DNA from: Spirochaetaceae bacterium
Lineage (GTDB): Bacteria; Spirochaetota; Spirochaetia; DSM-2461
Reading direction: 5' to 3'
Assembly: GCA_965224705.1 (NCBI GenBank)
Contig: OZ245056.1
Span: 1,600,001-1,664,000, forward strand
DNA length: 64,000 nt
This document shows, piece by piece, positions 10,468 to 21,809 of this stretch; the first letter of the stretch is position 1; every line of letters begins with the position of its first letter. The position numbers and the translations under genes were made by a program. The notes under the pieces were generated by a model. It searched no databases. It was not told the DNA's origin and saw only the letters and a list, made by a program, of their open reading frames with translations.

Positions 10468-10589
10468 AGCCATAAAAATGTCACAGATGTCAGACAGTAT
10501 AGTACAATGAGTTATCATATCGATAATACAACCTTCCATTTCCAACCGGTGTATCCAGTCGTTTCTTCAGTATCAGACAATCAGATTCC

Positions 10590-10618
10590 TTGATCTTCAG
10601 AATGGTCAGTATTATAAT
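10590..10618 (+). promoter_or_regulatory. Sigma70-type promoter, probably leaderless transcript
   Basis: TTGATC-N17-TATAAT, ATG 6 nt downstream, no SD. Confidence 0.6.
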
Positions 10619-10624
10619 CCGGGA

Positions 10625-11722
10625 ATGGGTCTATATCGCAGGTTATCCATCCTGTCAGCCATTATGATGCTCTTGAGTTTTTCCGCTGCAGCAGAAACTG
10701 TCGGCATAATCACTTTTCTTGAAGGAGCTGTTGAAATAGATCGAGATGGCCAGTCAATTCCGGATCGAGAAATCCAGACGGGCTATACAATACAGGTGTT
10801 CGACACGTTGAGAACCGGAAAGAATGGATTTGTAGAAGTGGACATGTCCGCAACCTCCGGCAAAACCCGGATCAAAATCAAACCTGAAACTTCATTTTAC
10901 TTTGAAGGCCCATCAGGGAAATCCTCTGCCCTGAGAACGACTTTTCAGCTGCTTCGGGGTTCATTGGAGATCTTTGTCAGAAGACTGATGCGTGGAGAGT
11001 CCCGTGCCGTTCGAACAGATTCCGCTGTATTCGCCGTAAGAGGGACAGAATTTTCTGTTGACATCGCTGTGGATAGATCATCTCTGGTTGCCGTTTCAGA
11101 AGGTCTGGTAGAGATTCAAGTTGATTCTCAGACAGGTCATGCAAGGCCCGGAGATGCCGCTTCCATCGATACAAACAATACAATAACTTTTTCGGAAGTC
11201 GATATTGAGGAACTTCCAGTGTATCGGAAAAAATGGAGGGAGTCCCGTCTGGCAGCTCTGCAGGTCAATCCCGATATGGCTATTAATCACCACATCAGAT
11301 TGTGGAAGAAACATTTCCCGGAGTTAGAGAATGCACTGCGTGAATTAGAATCACATAACAGGATTTTCAGGTATTGGAGTTCTGTTATCGACGGGAACGT
11401 TAAAAAGCCTTCCATGAGCAGGACGATAATGGATAAACAGACTGTCAGTTACGGTATGGTGAAATTGCGGTCTGCACTACCCCTGACTGAAAGACTTTTT
11501 TATACTCTGGTCGATCTGGAAAAAATCCGTGAAGATGGAAACTCTCCAGACATTGAACGATTTTACAAATCTTTTGGGCAGGACAGGGTAGAGATAAGAA
11601 GAATGCTCAGCAGAATCCGGTATATGCTCCGCATATTCCAATTCATGGACGAATCTATTGGAAGTTTCTTCAATTCAGGTTCATCAGGTTCAAGTCTCAT
11701 GGATTCGATTCCAGTTTTCTAG
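10625..11722 (+). CDS. FecR-domain secreted protein
   Basis: Signal peptide; D.LRTG..G, L.RG.L, T..AV.AVRGT.F.V, V.V.EG.V FecR pattern. Confidence 0.8.
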   Translation: MGLYRRLSILSAIMMLLSFSAAAETVGIITFLEGAVEIDRDGQSIPDREIQTGYTIQVFDTLRTGKNGFVEVDMSATSGKTRIKIKPETSFYFEGPSGKSSALRTTFQLLRGSLEIFVRRLMRGESRAVRTDSAVFAVRGTEFSVDIAVDRSSLVAVSEGLVEIQVDSQTGHARPGDAASIDTNNTITFSEVDIEELPVYRKKWRESRLAALQVNPDMAINHHIRLWKKHFPELENALRELESHNRIFRYWSSVIDGNVKKPSMSRTIMDKQTVSYGMVKLRSALPLTERLFYTLVDLEKIREDGNSPDIERFYKSFGQDRVEIRRMLSRIRYMLRIFQFMDESIGSFFNSGSSGSSLMDSIPVF

Positions 11723-11865
11723 ATTCATCTACAGTCGCTCTTCTTAATTACATTAATCTCACAAAGATCAATATATTGTTGTAATCTCCATCCTTTTTCT
11801 ATATTATTCTGCGAATCAGGATAAAGTCTCCAGTTATATACTTGGTTTTGAGTCAGGGGAGTAGT

Positions 11866-13290
11866 GTGGTCAAAAAAGAATTTCCTCAAATTCACTATTA
11901 TAATCAGGATTTCGTTGGTATCTATGAACGTTCATGGGCATGGATGCCTGATTTCTGGCACAAGGCAATTCCTTCCGCTGGATTGAAAAATCCATTTTAC
12001 ATCCACAAGGGAGATGAGACCCTCAACCTGTTGGATAGTTGTCTGGCTTCACATCTTCTTGTTTACCTCAATAGGAAGTACCCGGTGAATTTGATGTTAG
12101 ACAATTTTTATTCATTTCAAGAGGAATCAGGTGCTATTCGTGGGAATTACAGTATAAAGACAGGTCAACCCATCTTCACGGAATCCAATCCGGAAGGCTT
12201 ATCACCTCCACTGTTGGCCTGGGTTGAATTCAATCTCTACCATAAAGTTGGAGCAAAAACACGGGTTCGCAATGTGATGCCCATGCTGATGGCCTATCAC
12301 GACTGGATAGCATCGAATTTCAAAGATGAAAATGGACTCTATGCCGTACCCATGGAGGTATCGATATTGCCGGCTGTACACAACGAAAGAATAAAATACT
12401 CTCTGGAATTCAATACGCAGATGGCCATCAATGCCATGTACCTGGCGGCCCTGGCGGATATTCTCAATGACAAGGAATTGAGCTTTCGTTACAAACAACA
12501 GTATTTCTCTCTGAAGACCCGGATAAATTCCCAGATGTGGGATCCCGATGACAAAATATACTATGACCTTGATGCAAGCAGAAAAAGGATCAAAGTGAAG
12601 ACAATCAATGCATTCTGGCCCCTGCTTGCAGAATTCCCCAATGAAGAAAAGGCCGACGGATTGTTTGCACACTTGAAGGATCCCCAATCGTTTGGAACGG
12701 ATAACCCCTTTCCTACTCTGGCCGTCAGTGAAAGAGGTTTCGACGAAAATGGAGAAGGAGCGTCTGGCTCTGTTGTTCCTGCTTTAACGTACATGGTTAT
12801 AAAAGGGCTTGAAAAGTATCAGAAGTATGAATTTGCCCGCGAAGTTGCTATCAGTCATCTGCATTTCATTATTGATACGTTTTATCCCCCAAATAATCAG
12901 AAAGGAACGCTCTGGAAAGCGTACAAGCCGTTCAGTGATGGTCCTGCTGTGTGGGAGCAGAACAAAGAATGGAATAAGCCTCTGAGTATGGCCTATGTGG
13001 GACTCTCCACAATTGCAATGATTATTGAAAACATCGTCGGTCTCTATGTGAGTTTGCCCAAGAAAACGGTTGATTGGTATGTTCCGACACTTGAATTAAT
13101 GGGGATTGAAGATCTTCCACTGAAACGCAACCGGATCACCATCATAAGCAACAAGTCCAGCCGCGGCTGGGAAATCAATCTGGAATCGGAAAAACTCTAT
13201 TACTTCTCCATACATTTGCTGGATGAGGGGAAGAATAAAACACTTCCTATTCCATCAGGTAAGTGTTCCATGCTTATTTCCAAATTATAA
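11866..13290 (+). CDS. Glycoside hydrolase-like protein (GH63/MGH1/trehalase-like (alpha/alpha)6 fold)
   Basis: PPLLAW.E, IN..MWD.....YYD, FWPLLA, L.DP..F....PFPTLA; start uncertain (GTG 11866 or TTG 11842). Confidence 0.7.
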   Translation: MVKKEFPQIHYYNQDFVGIYERSWAWMPDFWHKAIPSAGLKNPFYIHKGDETLNLLDSCLASHLLVYLNRKYPVNLMLDNFYSFQEESGAIRGNYSIKTGQPIFTESNPEGLSPPLLAWVEFNLYHKVGAKTRVRNVMPMLMAYHDWIASNFKDENGLYAVPMEVSILPAVHNERIKYSLEFNTQMAINAMYLAALADILNDKELSFRYKQQYFSLKTRINSQMWDPDDKIYYDLDASRKRIKVKTINAFWPLLAEFPNEEKADGLFAHLKDPQSFGTDNPFPTLAVSERGFDENGEGASGSVVPALTYMVIKGLEKYQKYEFAREVAISHLHFIIDTFYPPNNQKGTLWKAYKPFSDGPAVWEQNKEWNKPLSMAYVGLSTIAMIIENIVGLYVSLPKKTVDWYVPTLELMGIEDLPLKRNRITIISNKSSRGWEINLESEKLYYFSIHLLDEGKNKTLPIPSGKCSMLISKL

Positions 13291-13301
13291 GATCTTAAAA
13301 A

Positions 13302-14021
13302 TCAGCTCTCTACTCCTGCAATGAGCAGGGATTTCGGATCAAGTATGAGCGGTAAATCCGAGGCATCAATCTTATCGTGATCTTTAACAAGTTGAAGGTG
13401 AAGATAATCCTTTTCTGCCTTCAATGTAATGATTATATCAATCATTTTGAGAAAGGGAACCAGATTTGTTGGAATACCATCGTCATTGAGCACAGGTCCA
13501 TCAATATCTTCCCTGTGATAGTCATCTGAAAACCAGAGTTCCACTTTTTTCTCAGCAGCGAAATTTTTGAATGCACTGATATCGGTTTCAGTCGCTTTTG
13601 TGAAATCAAAACCATCGATGATTACAACATCAGTTTCAGCCTGACCATATTCTATCATGGCGGTTACGCTGGCAATAACCTGTGTAACACTCGTTCCAAT
13701 CTGGCTGAAATTCATGATTACCCGATTATGAATGATATCATCATGAACATCCATGACATTTTCCAGATTGCGCTTCTGACTGATTTCTTTGAAGATATCT
13801 TCATACCATCTGATGATATGATCCGTTCGTCTGGCATAGGAGACATGAATAACATGTTTGCCAGCCATGAGTTTGTCGGTGGCAATATGAACGAGGCAGG
13901 CTGTTTTACCAATACCCCGGCGCGAGGCGATAATGCCAATACAGCCAGCACCAACACCACCATGAATGGACTGATCCAGTTTTCTCAGCGGACTTTTCCG
14001 TATCAATTCTTGTCTGACCAT
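13302..14021 (-). CDS. RecA/KaiC/DnaB-like P-loop protein of unknown function
   Basis: GG...G....I.SRRGIGKT Walker A and VVIIDG Walker B; 10 nt downstream of fusA. Confidence 0.65.
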   Translation of the reverse strand: MVRQELIRKSPLRKLDQSIHGGVGAGCIGIIASRRGIGKTACLVHIATDKLMAGKHVIHVSYARRTDHIIRWYEDIFKEISQKRNLENVMDVHDDIIHNRVIMNFSQIGTSVTQVIASVTAMIEYGQAETDVVIIDGFDFTKATETDISAFKNFAAEKKVELWFSDDYHREDIDGPVLNDDGIPTNLVPFLKMIDIIITLKAEKDYLHLQLVKDHDKIDASDLPLILDPKSLLIAGVES

Positions 14022-14031
14022 TGGTCTCTCC

Positions 14032-16122
14032 TTACTTTGCGGTCTTCCTGTCTTCCTCAGCTTTTTTTATCATCTCCTCACTTATTGAGCGAGGAAGTTT
14101 TGAGAATTTTGCGAATTCCATGGTGAATTCAGCCTTTCCCTGGGTAGCGGATCTCAGAACTGTTGAATAACCAAACATTTCGCTCAGCGGAACCTCGGCT
14201 TCAATCACACAGTAAGCACCTTCTTCCTGGGAGGAAATTATCATGCCTCTCCGCTGATTTATACCGGAAAAAATACTTCCCTGGAATTCTGTAGGACCTT
14301 CAACGGCAACCTTCATTATGGGTTCCAGTATGATGGGAGCGGCTTTTCTATAGGCTTCACGGAATCCCATCAATGCAGCAGTCTTGAAGGCAAGATCTGA
14401 GGAATCCACAGCATGCGAAGCTCCATCAACAATGGTCATTTTAACATTCACAATTGGAAATCCCAGAAGAGTTCCTTTGGCCATGGCTTCCTGGAAGCCT
14501 TTATCACAGGATGGAATATACTCTGTTGGTATATTGCCCCCCTTAATCAAGCTGACAAATTCATAATTTTCATCACTTTGTAATGGTTCCATAACACCAT
14601 TGATTTTGGCATATTGACCGGAGCCGCCGGTTTGTTTTTTATGGACGTAATCCCATTCCACCTTCTTTGTGATGGCTTCCCGGTAAGCAACTTGTGGTGC
14701 TCCGGTTTCCACTTCGGCTCTGTACTCCCGGCGCATGCGTTCAATGTAGACATCAAGGTGGAGTTCGCCCATCCCCTGAATGATTGTATCGTTTGTTTCA
14801 TTGTCCACATAGGTCTGGAAGGTTGGATCTTCCTTGGTGAATCGGTTAAGAGCTTTAGCCATCTTGTCTGAGGCCGATTTATCCTTTGGTTTAACCGAAA
14901 GAGATATGACCGGATTGGGAACGAACATGGAAGTCATTGAGTAATTCAGCCTCCCGCCGCAGAAGGTATCGCCGGAGGCACATTCTATTCCAAATAGAGC
15001 GACAATATCACCTGTACCGGCTTCGCTGATATCTTCCATGGAGTTGGAGTGCATTCGCACAAGGCGTCCCACCTTGAATTTTCGCTTATTGCGAACATTG
15101 TAGAGTTCCGAACCTTTTTTCAGAATTCCCTGATATATTCGGATGTAGGTAAGCTGGCCATACTGGCCATCCTCCAACTTAAATGCAAGGGCAATGGGGG
15201 GCAATGCGGGATCAGGAGGAAGTATAACTTCAGATTCATCATTGTCAAGATCCAGGGCCTTATTCTCAACCTCCGATGGAGAGGGCAGGTAATTCGTAAC
15301 CGCATCCAGAAGCGGTTGTACACCTTTGTTCTTATATGCGCTTCCTATAAAAACAGGAACCAGTTCATTGGAGATCGTACCAGTCTGAACAGCCTGATGA
15401 ATGAGTTCCACTGAGGGACTCTCACCTTCCATGAGCTTTTCCATGAGTTCATCACTGAACATGGAAACGGCATCCAGCATGATGGAGCGTTTCTCCTCAG
15501 CCTCATCCCTCAGCTCAGCTGGAATTTCATCCTCTCGGACAGAATGATTCTCATCCCTGTCAAAGTACAGGGCTTTCATGGTGATCAGGTCGATTACACC
15601 TTTATGCTTATCTTCCAGGCCTATGGGAACCTGCATTATAACAGCATTGAGATTCAGCTTTTCCTCAAGCTGATCCCGCACTTTGTATGGATTCGCACCT
15701 GTGCGGTCAGTTTTATTGATAAACGCTATTCTGGGAACATTGTAACGCTTAAGCTGTCTGTCAACAGTGATGGATTGGCTTTGCACGCCGCCCACAGAGC
15801 AGAGTACCAGAATTGCTCCGTCGAGAACACGCAATGCCCTTTCCACTTCTATTGTGAAATCCACATGTCCTGGGGTGTCAATAATGTTGACGGAATAACC
15901 CTTCCAGTCAACATTGGTGGCTGCGGATGCAATGGTGATGCCCCGTTCTCTCTCCAGTTCCATGGAATCCATGGTTGCGCCAACACCGTCTTTGCCGCGT
16001 ACTTCATGTATTGCATGAATCTTCTGGCAAAAAAATAGAATTCGCTCGGACAAAGTTGTTTTACCCGAGTCGATATGGGCACTGATACCGATGTTACGCA
16101 TCTTTTCGATGTCAAAAATCAT
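14032..16122 (-). CDS. fusA: Elongation factor G (stand-alone, spirochaete/mitochondrial EF-G1 type)
   Basis: [38 protein letters not shown]; not in an rpsL-rpsG-tuf operon. Confidence 0.97.
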   Translation of the reverse strand: MIFDIEKMRNIGISAHIDSGKTTLSERILFFCQKIHAIHEVRGKDGVGATMDSMELERERGITIASAATNVDWKGYSVNIIDTPGHVDFTIEVERALRVLDGAILVLCSVGGVQSQSITVDRQLKRYNVPRIAFINKTDRTGANPYKVRDQLEEKLNLNAVIMQVPIGLEDKHKGVIDLITMKALYFDRDENHSVREDEIPAELRDEAEEKRSIMLDAVSMFSDELMEKLMEGESPSVELIHQAVQTGTISNELVPVFIGSAYKNKGVQPLLDAVTNYLPSPSEVENKALDLDNDESEVILPPDPALPPIALAFKLEDGQYGQLTYIRIYQGILKKGSELYNVRNKRKFKVGRLVRMHSNSMEDISEAGTGDIVALFGIECASGDTFCGGRLNYSMTSMFVPNPVISLSVKPKDKSASDKMAKALNRFTKEDPTFQTYVDNETNDTIIQGMGELHLDVYIERMRREYRAEVETGAPQVAYREAITKKVEWDYVHKKQTGGSGQYAKINGVMEPLQSDENYEFVSLIKGGNIPTEYIPSCDKGFQEAMAKGTLLGFPIVNVKMTIVDGASHAVDSSDLAFKTAALMGFREAYRKAAPIILEPIMKVAVEGPTEFQGSIFSGINQRRGMIISSQEEGAYCVIEAEVPLSEMFGYSTVLRSATQGKAEFTMEFAKFSKLPRSISEEMIKKAEEDRKTAK

Positions 16123-16325
16123 GAGTTACTATCCTCATAGTGATTCCCGTTTCACTTAACGGGGGTAGATTAACTGCATGTGCAGGGGATAAAAAAGTCA
16201 AAGTAGTATAACGATGCCCGAATAACAGGTCTATACCTGAAAACCGGTTATTCAGGGTAATTTTAGAATCCGCGAAGATCCCGTGCTGTCACAGGATTAC
16301 GGCACACAGTGAAGCAGAAAGAAGC

Positions 16326-16724
16326 TCATTCCTGGAAATCCGATGCAATTTCAATGATGTTTCCATCCGGATCGGCAACCATGGCAGAGCGTATTTTCCA
16401 GGGTTCATTCCTCGGACGGTAAATAACTGTTGCCCCCTCCCGTGTAACCTTATCAAAGAATTCATCGACATTTTCAATGTTTCCTACATTGATGGACAGC
16501 TCGAAAGTGCCATTCAGATGTTTCGGGAAATCCGGTTTCTGTCCCAGTAATTCAGGAAGTTTTGAGCGTTCATACATTGAAAATCGAATACCGTCATGCT
16601 TGAACTCCGCATAAGGTCCATCTCCATTCCAGTCCGTTTCCATACCAATAACATCTCTATAGAAAGCAACCATCTTCCCCAGGTCATTGGCAAATATGCC
16701 GATCATATCGAATTTCATTCCCAT
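16326..16724 (-). CDS. VOC/glyoxalase family protein
   Basis: DL.KM.AFYRDV.G, P.NEPW..R...ADPDGN.IEI. Confidence 0.88.
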   Translation of the reverse strand: MGMKFDMIGIFANDLGKMVAFYRDVIGMETDWNGDGPYAEFKHDGIRFSMYERSKLPELLGQKPDFPKHLNGTFELSINVGNIENVDEFFDKVTREGATVIYRPRNEPWKIRSAMVADPDGNIIEIASDFQE

Positions 16725-16807
16725 TGTTTTAACTCCTCTTTTTGAAATTCCATTCTATAGATGAGAAAGATCCTGTACAACCTGTGTATTCAGGAATGAC
16801 TCTGCTG

Positions 16808-18055
16808 TCATAATTGCTTGAGAATGAACTCATCCCAGGCAGATTCAATGTATTCTACGTAATCAGGAGAAATCTCAGGCACGGAATTATTTGTAAGAGT
16901 TTCTAATGACAATGTCGCTGGACCAACGTCTAAATCGGAGAATTTCACTGCATCATCAGAGGGGAGCAGTTGAATGTCCAGAACCGACATATCTCCCCAA
17001 TTCTCAGGACTGGCTTTGGAGAGCTGCATCTCCGGTGAGAGTAGAAAATTTGAAAGAACCATTGCGGCCTCCTTGTTGGGAGAGTTGAATGGAATCGCTG
17101 TAAAATGATGATTGAACAGTGCCAGTCCCTCAGGTACAAATGTGCGTACAGTCTCGGGATATTCACCGGCTGCAATTCTCCTGGAGGCATTGCCTACATT
17201 GTAGTGCATGGAGAAATCAATCTCTCCCTGCAGAAAAAGTGAATCCATCTCCACCCCGTTTGCGGGATAGTATTTTCCCTCCTGCCACAAGTAGGGTGAA
17301 ATCTCCTCGAGCCAGGCCATCAGGGACTGAACACCTGATTCGGCCCGTGACTCATCAAAATCTCCAAGGTATTTATCGGGCCCGCCACTCAAATGATATA
17401 ATGCCAGGCGAAGAAAGGCCGAACCCACAAAATCCGGCGGCTGTGGATAGGTAAACCGGCCTGGATGTTCCAGTATCCATTTATTCAATTCATCGAAATC
17501 AGCCGGTGGAATGGGGATCCTGGATGTATCATATTCAAAGACAAGCCAGGCCTTGCCATAGGGGGCTTCATAACCTTCTGTCGGATAGCCGAAATCTGTG
17601 GCAACGGAATTCTGATCCACAAAGTTATTGAAGTTTGGCAGCCTGTCCACATACGGACCCCAGAGTAACTCGGCTTCCTTCGCATTCTTGAAATTCTCAC
17701 CGTTAATCCACAGTAAATCGATGGAACCCCTGCTGAGGCTGGCCTGTTTCTCCGTCAAAAGTTTATCGATGAAAACCTCGGGATTCATGGATACTCGATT
17801 GAGCTTGATCAGGTATTTTTTCTGCAGTTCCTTCGCAACAATTCCATCTATCCATGCGTTGATTTCGGATGAGCCGCCCCACATGTAGAAATTGACTTCG
17901 CTGTTTCTGGCATTTCGGACAACTCTGTCCCAGCTTAATGAAACCGGGTTGGAGATCTCCGTACTACCCCCCGCGCCAATACGTGGAATCAGGGCAATAC
18001 TGAACATCACAAAAAAGGTCAGTCTGGTCAGTGAAAGCAGTTGTTTATTGTGCAT
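16808..18055 (-). CDS. ABC transporter substrate-binding protein (YnjB-like), no permease/ATPase adjacent
   Basis: V.FYMWGG...IN.W, IDLLWINGENF, GRFTYP.PPDF.GSAF, NFLLSPE.Q. Confidence 0.85.
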   Translation of the reverse strand: MHNKQLLSLTRLTFFVMFSIALIPRIGAGGSTEISNPVSLSWDRVVRNARNSEVNFYMWGGSSEINAWIDGIVAKELQKKYLIKLNRVSMNPEVFIDKLLTEKQASLSRGSIDLLWINGENFKNAKEAELLWGPYVDRLPNFNNFVDQNSVATDFGYPTEGYEAPYGKAWLVFEYDTSRIPIPPADFDELNKWILEHPGRFTYPQPPDFVGSAFLRLALYHLSGGPDKYLGDFDESRAESGVQSLMAWLEEISPYLWQEGKYYPANGVEMDSLFLQGEIDFSMHYNVGNASRRIAAGEYPETVRTFVPEGLALFNHHFTAIPFNSPNKEAAMVLSNFLLSPEMQLSKASPENWGDMSVLDIQLLPSDDAVKFSDLDVGPATLSLETLTNNSVPEISPDYVEYIESAWDEFILKQL

Positions 18056-18261
18056 GAAAACTCCTTAGCATTATTCCCCCGGCATTATGCGGCGGAAAAG
18101 ATCGGGTCAAAATTCTGGCAGAGGTTTTGGAGGTGTCCAAAAAGTACAAATACATCTATTCAAGTGTTGCCACAATTATTATTACACTATATAAAAGAAT
18201 GAAATCAATTGAACAGACGTTCTTGATTCAAAATAATTGCTGATTCTATCAGGAGGATAAT

Positions 18262-18651
18262 ATGGCAAATTTATACAATGTATATAAGTGTAACAAGTGC
18301 AGTAATGTCGTCATGAAAATGAAGACTGATGACAGTACGATGTCCTGTTGTGACCTCAACATGATTCATATGCCGGAACAAACGGCAGATTCAACAAAGG
18401 AGAAGCATGTTCCTGTCATTGAGAAAACTGATGCTGGATACAGGGTAACGGTGGGCAGCACCCCGCATCCCATGCTGGAGAACCACTGGATTCAGTGGAT
18501 TGAGCTTGTTATCAATGGAAGCAGAATGATAACAGAGTTAAATCCTGGTGATGATCCATCGGCATCTTTCAACTGTAAACATGAAAGTGGTGCAAAGGTT
18601 ACAGCTCGGGAATACTGCAATCTTCACGGGTTATGGAAAGGAAACCTTTAA
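18262..18651 (+). CDS. Desulfoferrodoxin (2Fe superoxide reductase)
   Basis: CxxC...CC desulforedoxin domain; EKHVP, HPM...HWI.WI, CNLHG. Confidence 0.93.
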   Translation: MANLYNVYKCNKCSNVVMKMKTDDSTMSCCDLNMIHMPEQTADSTKEKHVPVIEKTDAGYRVTVGSTPHPMLENHWIQWIELVINGSRMITELNPGDDPSASFNCKHESGAKVTAREYCNLHGLWKGNL

Positions 18652-18654
18652 AAT

Positions 18655-19155
18655 ATGGCAATACCGAAAACTATGGCGGCTGCTCTTGGAAAACAATTCA
18701 ATGAAGAACTGATCTCTGCCTATCTCTATGAATCCATGGCCGCAGATTTCTACTGTAAAAAACTTCCCGGTTTTGCGTCATGGATGACTATTCAGGCCAG
18801 TGAGGAGCGGCTTCATGCAGAAAAGATCCACCGTTACCTGGATGAGAATGGTGAAAGAGTCTTCTATGGTGCCATTCCCGAGCCTCAGGCAGAATGGGCC
18901 ACCCCCATTGAGGCGATGAAAGCAGCGCTAGCTCATGAGAAGTATATTTCCAAATGTATACATAAACTTGTTCACATTGCCCGGGAAAAGGATGATATTT
19001 CAACGGAAGTTTTCCTCGGGTGGTTTGTTACAGAACAGGTAGAAGAGGAAGCTTCTGCTCAGGAGCTTATCGACAAACTTGAAATGATTGGAGACAATCA
19101 GTACGGTTTGTATCAGCTTGATAAAGAAGTTTCCACTCGACAGCAGGAAGCATAA
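18655..19155 (+). CDS. Non-heme ferritin
   Basis: Q.NEE..SAYLY, EE..HA, HE..IS, FL.WFV.EQVEEE. Confidence 0.93.
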   Translation: MAIPKTMAAALGKQFNEELISAYLYESMAADFYCKKLPGFASWMTIQASEERLHAEKIHRYLDENGERVFYGAIPEPQAEWATPIEAMKAALAHEKYISKCIHKLVHIAREKDDISTEVFLGWFVTEQVEEEASAQELIDKLEMIGDNQYGLYQLDKEVSTRQQEA

Positions 19156-19185
19156 TCTCTACAGGAGATATGATGGAGGTATTGA

Positions 19186-19350
19186 ATGAAAAAATATGTT
19201 TGTGAGGTTTGCGGCTACATCTACGATCCGGAAGAAGGGGATGAAGACACCAATATCCCTGCCGGAACTGATTTTGACAGCTTACCTGAAGATTGGGTCT
19301 GTCCACTGTGCGGAGCTGAGAAATCAGAGTTTTCACCAGTAGACGAATAG
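19186..19350 (+). CDS. Rubredoxin (54 aa; absent from the ORF track)
   Basis: Manual translation [62 protein letters not shown]. Confidence 0.96.
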   Translation: MKKYVCEVCGYIYDPEEGDEDTNIPAGTDFDSLPEDWVCPLCGAEKSEFSPVDE

Positions 19351-19504
19351 TCCTGAATCAAATCAGCCAGAGCACCATCAAAGAATTCACCTTTTGATCC
19401 TGGCAGGGAGTATCCGCCCATGCCGTAGAGGAGGATGGTTAAGCCGGAATGAAATGGGTGCTTCTCAGATGTCTTTCAGCCGTTCTGAAATCCAGGGCGG
19501 CTGA

Positions 19505-20575
19505 TTATTCTCCCGGTGGGAATCCGCATTGGGCCTGCTGGGCCAGCCATGCATCCATAAGAACCAATGCGGTCATAGCCTCAACAACTGGAACTATTCG
19601 GGGGCATATTATTGGATCATGTCGGCCTTCTGTCTGGATCTCCACTGCCTGTCCGGCCAGGTTGACAGTACTCTGCCTGAAACTTATGGAACTGGTCGGC
19701 TTCACCGCTGCTCTGAATACAATGGGCTGACCTGTGCTGATGCCTCCGATTACCCCCCCTGCATTATTGGATGTGAATCCAGATTCATCCATACCGTCGT
19801 TGTGTTCGCTCCCTCTCATGTCTGCCGCAGAGAATCCAGCCCCAATTTCAAATCCCCGTATGGCCCCAATAGAAAGGATGGCCTTTCCAAGATCGGCTTC
19901 AAGTTTGTCGAATACTGGATTCCCCAGACCCGGAGGCACTCCTGTTACTCTGCACTCAATGATTCCGCCAGCACTATCCCCAAGCTCCATTAATTCCCGT
20001 ATTCGTTCGGACATTTTACCGGCAGCATCAAGGTCGCATGCTCGCAGGGGATTTCTTTCAATCACAGAGGCATCAAAGCTCTGACAGGTAATTCCGGCGG
20101 CCGCTTTTGTCCAGGCCATTATTTCTACACCCCTGGATTTCATCCATTTACGTGCAATGGCTCCTGCGGCCACACGGGCCGCCGTCTCCCGCCCGGAAGC
20201 CCTGCCGCTCCCGCGCCAATCCCTCAGACCGTACTTTTTCAAATAGGTATAATCCGCATGGCCAGGTCTGAACTTATCGACAATTTCGCCATAGTCGGAT
20301 GAGCGGACATTTGTATTCTGCAGTATCATTGCTAACGGCACACCGGTGGTTCTTCCTTCAAAAACTCCCGACAGGAAGGAGATCCTGTCTGCTTCTTCGC
20401 GGGGTGTGCTGAGTTCCGACTGGCCAGGCCGCCTCCTGTTCAATTCTACTTGAACATCAGCTTCAGATATCTCGAAACCAGGAGGTAAACCATCGACAAC
20501 AACACCAACGGCTGTTCCATGAGATTCTCCGAAAGTACTGATGGTTAAATATCGTCCAAAGATACTACCTGCCAT
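19505..20575 (-). CDS. aroC: Chorismate synthase
   Basis: [40 protein letters not shown]. Confidence 0.97.
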   Translation of the reverse strand: MAGSIFGRYLTISTFGESHGTAVGVVVDGLPPGFEISEADVQVELNRRRPGQSELSTPREEADRISFLSGVFEGRTTGVPLAMILQNTNVRSSDYGEIVDKFRPGHADYTYLKKYGLRDWRGSGRASGRETAARVAAGAIARKWMKSRGVEIMAWTKAAAGITCQSFDASVIERNPLRACDLDAAGKMSERIRELMELGDSAGGIIECRVTGVPPGLGNPVFDKLEADLGKAILSIGAIRGFEIGAGFSAADMRGSEHNDGMDESGFTSNNAGGVIGGISTGQPIVFRAAVKPTSSISFRQSTVNLAGQAVEIQTEGRHDPIICPRIVPVVEAMTALVLMDAWLAQQAQCGFPPGE

Positions 20576-21125
20576 TGTGGTTTTCCAGTGATGTAATCAA
20601 ACGCTGAGTATTCATGCTGATAGTGACATCTTCTATCTCATGAATGAAATGAGCAATCTTGCAGTACAGTGAATCACGTCTATGATAGAGCTTCATAAAA
20701 TCCTCCCATGGGTTTTCTTCTGAGAGAAAAGGCGGTATTCCCCCGGCCATTATTCTTCTGAACAGCAAATTGGCATCAGCACGAAGATAAACCATGAATC
20801 CTTTCGTTCCGAAACATTGCATAGCATTCTTGTTTTCTATCGTTCCACCGCCCAGAGAAAGTACAACACCCTTTTCTTGAAGGGACGGCAATGTCCAATC
20901 CATGAAGTATTGGAAGACCTTTCCCTCCCGTACAATGAACTCGTTTTTACCCAGAGTATTCCAGACTTCCCGTATGGTGGTTCCGGTACCTTTTACTGTT
21001 TCAAGAATTAAGCTGTCAAGATCGTAAAAAGGGTATCCATAATGCCGTGCTAAAGCCTTTCCAATTGAGGATTTACCACTGTGTTTCAATCCGCCAACAA
21101 TGTAGAAGTTCATATCCCTGATCAT
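20565..21125 (-). CDS. aroK: Shikimate kinase
   Basis: G.KHSGKS, DLD, SLGGG; overlaps the aroC start. Confidence 0.88.
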   Translation of the reverse strand: MIRDMNFYIVGGLKHSGKSSIGKALARHYGYPFYDLDSLILETVKGTGTTIREVWNTLGKNEFIVREGKVFQYFMDWTLPSLQEKGVVLSLGGGTIENKNAMQCFGTKGFMVYLRADANLLFRRIMAGGIPPFLSEENPWEDFMKLYHRRDSLYCKIAHFIHEIEDVTISMNTQRLITSLENHNGR

Positions 21126-21131
21126 ACAGCT

Positions 21132-21752
21132 CTAATCAACTATAACAGGGGATCCCATGTCGAACCAGCCATTAATAACATTCTGGAGACCATCGATTCC
21201 TTCTTTCTTCAATGATGAAAAGGTTCCAAGACCTGCACGGGGAGCTATTACATCCAGATCCTGCCGCACTTTTTTTAGAATTGAAGCCTTTTGACTCTTT
21301 CTGATTTTGTCAGATTTGTTCAGCAGGAAATGAACAGCTCTATTCCCGGAATAACAGAGTTCAAGCATCTGCGCATCCAGGTCTGACAGCGGATGCCTTA
21401 TGTCCATCACGATGATAACACCCCTGAGACATTCCCGTTTTATAATGTATGAGGTCAGTTCCCTGCCCCAGTGCTTCATCTCCACTCCACTGACTCTGGC
21501 ATATCCATATCCTGGAAGATCAACCAGCCGATGATCTTTTGTTTCATTAAGAGTGAATAGATTGATGTGTCTGGTTTTTCCCGGTTTGGACGATGTTCTG
21601 GCAAGAGACTTCCGGCCTGTCAAAGTATTTAAAATAGAAGACTTGCCTGAATTCGACCGGCCGACCAGGGCCACTTCCACTCCACCATCCTCTGACAGTG
21701 AATCAAATGATGGAGATGATGTAAGGAAGCTTATATTTTCAAGTTTTTTCAA
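21132..21752 (-). CDS. engB: Ribosome biogenesis GTPase YihA/YsxC
   Basis: GRSNSGKSS, SSKPGKT, LVDLPGYGYA, NKSDK. Confidence 0.95.
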   Translation of the reverse strand: MKKLENISFLTSSPSFDSLSEDGGVEVALVGRSNSGKSSILNTLTGRKSLARTSSKPGKTRHINLFTLNETKDHRLVDLPGYGYARVSGVEMKHWGRELTSYIIKRECLRGVIIVMDIRHPLSDLDAQMLELCYSGNRAVHFLLNKSDKIRKSQKASILKKVRQDLDVIAPRAGLGTFSSLKKEGIDGLQNVINGWFDMGSPVIVD

Positions 21753-21809
21753 GTTTTGTACTCCATAGCCATAATAGAGTTAGTGCATCAAATCTTCAAT
21801 TGCTATAAA

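Noticed and set aside
10361..10557. 6S or SRP RNA downstream of ssb
   Set aside because: No SRP domain IV motif, and the stems are not arranged symmetrically around a central bubble as in 6S RNA.
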